Assembly: GCA_038060895.1 (NCBI GenBank)
Contig: JBBTCT010000002.1
Location: forward strand, 200,298-264,297
Source: Planctomycetota bacterium
GTDB taxonomy: Bacteria; Planctomycetota; MHYJ01; WSZJ01
Direction of reading: 5' to 3'
Length of the DNA stretch: 64,000 bases
The notes under the pieces were generated by a model, which was not told where the DNA came from, did not search any database, and was given only the letters and a program-made list of their open reading frames with translations. The position numbers and the translations under genes are program-made. Shown one piece after another: positions 59,954-64,000 of this stretch (the first letter of the stretch is position 1; each line of letters begins with the position of its first letter).

Positions 59954-59996
59954 CTATTTTCACTAAGTACCAAATAGAGGTATATTGTGAAAATGG
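59954..59996. promoter_or_regulatory. AT-rich inverted repeat overlapping the abiE promoter (putative AbiEi operator)
   Basis: 18-bp arms match 14/18 with a 7-nt spacer; overlaps TATATT (-10) at 59981-59986. Confidence 0.65.
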
Positions 59997-60826
59997 ACAT
60001 GAATGCCTCTCCTGCCCGCAGCCTCCCCTTCCGCCGCGGCGCCGCGGGCCGCTTCGTCGATTCACTCCTCCAGAAAGGCCGCGTCGCGTTCGCTCTCGAA
60101 GAGTTGGTGCTCGACACCGGGCTTTCCCCGATCGCCGCCCTCCGGCAGCTGTCCCGTCTCGGTCCAGCCGTTCGCCGCGTCGCCCCCCGCCAGGCCTTCT
60201 TCCTCGTCGTCTCTCCCGAGTACCGTGCCCTCGGCGCTCCTTCGCCCGCCGCCTGGCTCGACGACTATTTCCGATGGCTCGGCCACCCCTGGTACCTCGC
60301 ACTCCAGTCCGCCGCTGCCGAATTCGGGTCTCCTCCTCAGGCCATCCAGGAGACGCAGGTGATGACCGACCGGCCGCGGCGCCCCTTGCGGCTCGGAAGG
60401 ATTCGGATTCGGTTTTTCGTGAAGCGCTCCCTGTCGTCCACGCCGACTCAGCCGGTCTCCGGGGCGCCGGCACCGCTTCAGGCGAGCACTCCGGAAGCGA
60501 CGGCGGTCGATCTCGTCCGCTATGCGCGCCGGATCGGCGGAATTTCAGCCGCCGTGGAGACTCTGGAGCCGTTCGCCGGACGCCTGCTCCGGAAACCTCT
60601 TTCTCTCGCGCTCGACGCGGATGGGGGCATCCCCACGGCCCAGCGGCTCGGCTTCGTCCTTGAGGCGCTTCGCCGCCGCGACCTGGCCGCGTTCATGCGC
60701 CAGCGGCTGCCGGCGCGCCTGACGCCGGTGCCGCTCGATCGCGCGCTTCCGGCGTCGGCGCGCTGGCCGGCTGTGAACGCGAAGCGCTGGGGGATCCTCG
60801 AAGGCGGGGAGGACGCGTCGCGATGA
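59993..60826 (+). CDS. abiEi: Type IV toxin-antitoxin antitoxin, AbiEi family
   Basis: GRVAF..., VSPEY, WYLALQSAA, QETQV, STPEATAVDL, AQRLGFVLE; upstream of a nucleotidyltransferase. Confidence 0.85.
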   Translation: MDMNASPARSLPFRRGAAGRFVDSLLQKGRVAFALEELVLDTGLSPIAALRQLSRLGPAVRRVAPRQAFFLVVSPEYRALGAPSPAAWLDDYFRWLGHPWYLALQSAAAEFGSPPQAIQETQVMTDRPRRPLRLGRIRIRFFVKRSLSSTPTQPVSGAPAPLQASTPEATAVDLVRYARRIGGISAAVETLEPFAGRLLRKPLSLALDADGGIPTAQRLGFVLEALRRRDLAAFMRQRLPARLTPVPLDRALPASARWPAVNAKRWGILEGGEDASR

Positions 60827-61671
60827 TCCCACTGACGCGCCAGGACGTGCTGGCCCACCAGACCCAGGTCCCTTGGCCCGACCTTCGCCAGGTCGAACAG
60901 GATCTCCTCCTGAGCCGGTCCATCGTTGCCCTGTTCGGCGATCCATTCCTGCGCGGCCAGATCGCCATGCGAGGCGGCACCGTTCTCCACAAAGTTCACC
61001 TCGCTCCCGCCAGCCGGTACTCCGAAGACATCGACCTCGTCGTCGTCGGCGACCGGCCCGAGACTCACGTTCGAGCGGCCATCAAGCGCGTCCTCGCGGA
61101 CGTGCTCGGCGCCCCGGTCCGCCGGGCTTTGGAAGCCATTCGCCTCGCCGTGCGCAACGCGGCCCGGCCCTCGCGCATCCTGCGCCTCACATGGCAAATC
61201 GACTCCGTCGCGGACTCGCGCCATGCGCTGAATGTTGTGGTCGAGGCGAACGTCTCCGAGCGCACTCCCTTCCGTCCCGTCGTCGACATGCAGTTCGGCG
61301 TGAATTTCAGGAACGCATCGCTGGATACCGTCGTCAGGTCGTTCGACATCCACGAAATGCTCGGGACCAAGATGCGGGCCCTCTTCCAGCGCTACCGGGG
61401 ACGAGACCTCTTCGATCTGTACTGGGCCCTCCGCGAACCGGGTGGCGCGCACATCGATCCCCGGGAAGTCATCGAATCCTTCCTGTATTACATGCGCCTG
61501 GAAGGAACTCCGGTGAGCCGTCGAGCCTTCCTCAAGGAGCTCGACCTTCGCCTGGCCGACGCCGGCTTTTGCGCGGACATGAATTCTCTGCTCCGCACGG
61601 GGCTCACCTACGATCCCCAGCAAGCTGGAAAGGTGATCCGCGAGCGGTTGATCGCGCGACTGCCCGAGTAG
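60823..61671 (+). CDS. abiEii: AbiEii/AbiGii nucleotidyltransferase toxin
   Basis: QVEQDLL, MRGGTVLHK, RYSEDIDL, TKMRAL.QR..GRDLFDL. Confidence 0.92.
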   Translation: MIPLTRQDVLAHQTQVPWPDLRQVEQDLLLSRSIVALFGDPFLRGQIAMRGGTVLHKVHLAPASRYSEDIDLVVVGDRPETHVRAAIKRVLADVLGAPVRRALEAIRLAVRNAARPSRILRLTWQIDSVADSRHALNVVVEANVSERTPFRPVVDMQFGVNFRNASLDTVVRSFDIHEMLGTKMRALFQRYRGRDLFDLYWALREPGGAHIDPREVIESFLYYMRLEGTPVSRRAFLKELDLRLADAGFCADMNSLLRTGLTYDPQQAGKVIRERLIARLPE

Positions 61672-61712
61672 CGCTGCGGATCCTCCAATCCTTCGGTTAC
61701 AGTTCACCCCCC

Positions 61713-61883
61713 ATGCGCTGGTCCTTCGCCAAGTTCCTCGAGCTCTCCGGCATCGCTCTTCTCGGCTCCGCCCTTTACTGGGGGATCGTCGAGAACAGCA
61801 TGAAGATGGAGGTCAAGCTGCTCACGGTGGGGACGGTGGTGTTCAGCGTCGGGTGGTTCCTCGATTCGCGGGGACCGCGATGA
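61713..61883 (+). CDS. Small two-TM membrane protein
   Basis: 56 aa, two hydrophobic helices, ATGA overlap with the next gene. Confidence 0.6.
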   Translation: MRWSFAKFLELSGIALLGSALYWGIVENSMKMEVKLLTVGTVVFSVGWFLDSRGPR

Positions 61884-63841
61884 GGCTCGCGATTCTCCTG
61901 GCCGCGCTTGCGGCCGTGCCCGCTTCGGGCCAGGCCGTGCAGCCGCGCTGGGTCGAGAGGTCGCCGGACCTTGTGGCCGCGGAGCAGGCGGTCGCCGCGG
62001 GGCACGCGCTGGACGCAGTCGACCGCTTCACGAAGATCCTCGACGACCCGGAGACCGTCGATCTGTTCCTCGGCAACCCCGAAAGGCTCGCCACGATTCG
62101 CGGCCTGCGCGCGGCGGCGCGCGACCGCGCCCGCGAATGGGCGCGCGAAAATGAGCGCTTCGGGGAGGCCTGGGCGGCCGAAGCGGCGTCCCGGCTCTCG
62201 CGGCTCGGGCCGCGGGCGGGGCGCGCCGGGCTTGAGAAGGTCGCGAGCCTGTTTCGGGGCACGCCGGCGGCGCAGCAGGCGCTTCGCACGCTCGCGGGGC
62301 TGGCCTGGGATGAGGGCGAACCCGGACGCGCCGCGGAGTTGATGGAGCGAAGCGGGCTCGAGATGTCGCCTGCCGAAGCGGCGCGGCTGGCGCTGGGCCG
62401 GCGGGCGGCGGGGCTCGGGCCCTCGGCGGGGGAGTGGGCGCGGCGGTGGGAAACGCGCGGAGCCGCGGGGCTGCGGCCGCGGTTCCCGAAAGAGTGGTTC
62501 CCGGCGCTCGACGCGCCGCTGAGAATCCGAGGGCGCAAATCGACCCTCGGCGCGTTCCTGGACACGCTCCGACGGGCCCCGCGCGCGCCCTGGCACGGCG
62601 AACTGAATGCCGGAGAAACCCCGTTTCCGCCGCTCCGGTCCCTCCAGGGCCCGCCGCAGGTCGTCACGCTCTTCGAGCTCCTCCCCCCCAACGCCAACGC
62701 CCTCGGCGGCGCCGGCATCGTCTTCCGCGACCCCGGCGCCTACGCCGGCGCGTCCCCGATCCGGCTGCTGCCGTTCGAGAAGCGCGTCATCGCTTCGACG
62801 CGCGGCGGGCTCAGCGTGCTGGAGCGCGGGGCGGACGGAAAGTGGCGTGTGGCGGGCGGGGCGAAGGCGGGGCCTCCGCTGGCGACGCACGGGCTGGCGA
62901 CCGACGGGCGGCGCCTGTTCACGCTCGTCCCCGAGCCGGGCACGAAACTGGGCGCGGTGCGGCTGTTGCCGGCGGCGTTCGTGTGGAGCGGAAGCGAGCT
63001 GAAGCTGGAGTGGATGGCGGGGATGGAGTCGGGGGGCAGCCCCTTCGACGGCGCCTGGGCGGCGGGGCCTCCGGCGCTGGCGGGCGGACGGCTGTATGTG
63101 CCGGTCGCGCTGGTGGACTCGGCATTCGTGCCGGGGGTGATCTGCCTCGACGCGGCGACGGGCGAGCGGCTGTGGGCGACGACGCTGGGGGAAGCGACGC
63201 GGGAAGCGTTCAGCGCGACGTCGCGGATTTCGGCGTCCGCGCCTGCGGTGGCGGGAGAACTCGTCCTGGTCGCCACGGGGCAGGGATTCGTGGTCGCGCT
63301 CGACGCCGCGACGGGGAACCCCGACTGGCTGCGCGCCTACTCGTCCGACGGCGGCCAGCGCGCGTTCGCCGACGCGCCCCCGCGCGTCTCGGGCGGCCGG
63401 GCGATCTTCGCGCCGCTGGACCTCTCCGCCGAATTCAGGCTCGACCTCGCGACCGGGCTCCCGCTGTCCAACGCCGGGCCGGCGGCGCTTCCGTCGTTTC
63501 ATTACTCCGTCACGGACGGGGCGTGCACGGTGCTTTGCGGCTCCGACGGCGCACTCGCGGGAGAGGGCGGCCCGCGGGGGATTGTAAAAGTCCTGAACTC
63601 CCGGTCCTCGCGCGACGTCCTATATGAGCTGCCGGATCCGCCAGCGGGCCGGCCGGCGGTCTGGGGCGGAACGCTCTACGTGCCGACGGCGCGGGGGTTG
63701 ATCACGATGGACGTGGAAACGGGAGAGGTTGCGGTGGTGGCGGAGTGGAAGACGGAGGAGGCGGGAGATCTGGTGAGGTTGCCGGGGGGGGTGGCGGTCG
63801 TGAAAGGCGGGGAGGTTAGGTTCTGGGAGGTGAGTGAGTAG
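61880..63841 (+). CDS. Secreted PQQ-binding-like beta-propeller repeat protein
   Basis: Signal peptide; CLDAATGERLW, VALDAATGNPDW repeats. Confidence 0.8.
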   Translation: MRLAILLAALAAVPASGQAVQPRWVERSPDLVAAEQAVAAGHALDAVDRFTKILDDPETVDLFLGNPERLATIRGLRAAARDRAREWARENERFGEAWAAEAASRLSRLGPRAGRAGLEKVASLFRGTPAAQQALRTLAGLAWDEGEPGRAAELMERSGLEMSPAEAARLALGRRAAGLGPSAGEWARRWETRGAAGLRPRFPKEWFPALDAPLRIRGRKSTLGAFLDTLRRAPRAPWHGELNAGETPFPPLRSLQGPPQVVTLFELLPPNANALGGAGIVFRDPGAYAGASPIRLLPFEKRVIASTRGGLSVLERGADGKWRVAGGAKAGPPLATHGLATDGRRLFTLVPEPGTKLGAVRLLPAAFVWSGSELKLEWMAGMESGGSPFDGAWAAGPPALAGGRLYVPVALVDSAFVPGVICLDAATGERLWATTLGEATREAFSATSRISASAPAVAGELVLVATGQGFVVALDAATGNPDWLRAYSSDGGQRAFADAPPRVSGGRAIFAPLDLSAEFRLDLATGLPLSNAGPAALPSFHYSVTDGACTVLCGSDGALAGEGGPRGIVKVLNSRSSRDVLYELPDPPAGRPAVWGGTLYVPTARGLITMDVETGEVAVVAEWKTEEAGDLVRLPGGVAVVKGGEVRFWEVSE

Positions 63842-63861
63842 ATTGGAGTGCGGGAAACGGA

Positions 63862-64000
63862 GAACTTCAATTTCAAGTTTCAATTTCCAAGCAAACGGAG
63901 AACTTCAAAAGGACAACTTCAAGGCCATTGGCGAGGGCGATCGTTGAAGTTGAGAGTTGAAGTTCTCCGTTTGTTTGGAAATTGAAATTGAAATTGAAAG
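63862..64000. repeat. Inverted-repeat element H built from TTTCAA units (may run past the window end)
   Basis: 63866-63908 is a near-perfect reverse complement of 63957-63999; inner CAACTTCAA/TTGAAGTTG pair; related to element G. Confidence 0.88.

Noticed and set aside
2447-63502. Long antisense or alternate-frame ORFs (e.g. 2447-4573, 15662-18088, 38275-41163, 47467-50049, 61775-63502)
   Set aside because: Shadow ORFs of high-GC coding strands; Arg/Ala/Pro-rich, no motifs, fully overlapping well-supported genes
9991-64000. CRISPR array interpretation of the short repeats
   Set aside because: Units are 6-10 bp, contiguous, without unique spacers, mostly arranged as inverted arms; no cas genes

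Overview
High-GC (~68%) bacterial window. Gene content (Hanks-type kinases with MshEN-like N-termini, secreted prenyltransferase-repeat protein, TPR/HExxH proteins, DUF4190, PQQ-like propeller) suggests a Planctomycetota genome; this is inference. Left to right: two PIN-type toxin-antitoxin pairs; a 4-hydroxybenzoyl-CoA-reductase-like hcrCAB-fdhD operon divergent from a selenocysteine-containing, split formate dehydrogenase operon (in-frame UGA plus SECIS, NuoE-NuoF fusion, separate Fe-S subunit); a TonB-dependent receptor with a sigma54 promoter; the conserved glmU-prs-[7 kb insert]-rplY-pth-rpsF-ssb-rpsR-rplI-[GxxExxY]-dnaB cluster, with a full-length LAGLIDADG intein in dnaB; an iodotyrosine-deiodinase-like flavoprotein; a tandem pair of paralogous radical SAM genes; transaldolase; CotH; AsmA; a NifU-like/pentapeptide-repeat fusion; hpt; and an AbiEi/AbiEii pair. 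The most distinctive non-coding signal is a set of about ten intergenic elements built from short tandem units (6, 7, 8 or 10 bp), most as inverted arms. Some are homologous dispersed copies of nearly identical length (163-166 bp), and one abuts a GxxExxY PD-(D/E)xK nuclease gene inserted between rplI and dnaB. This is a candidate REPIN-like nuclease-plus-repeat system. No CRISPR array, rRNA or tRNA was recognised. Identity counts are hand alignments.
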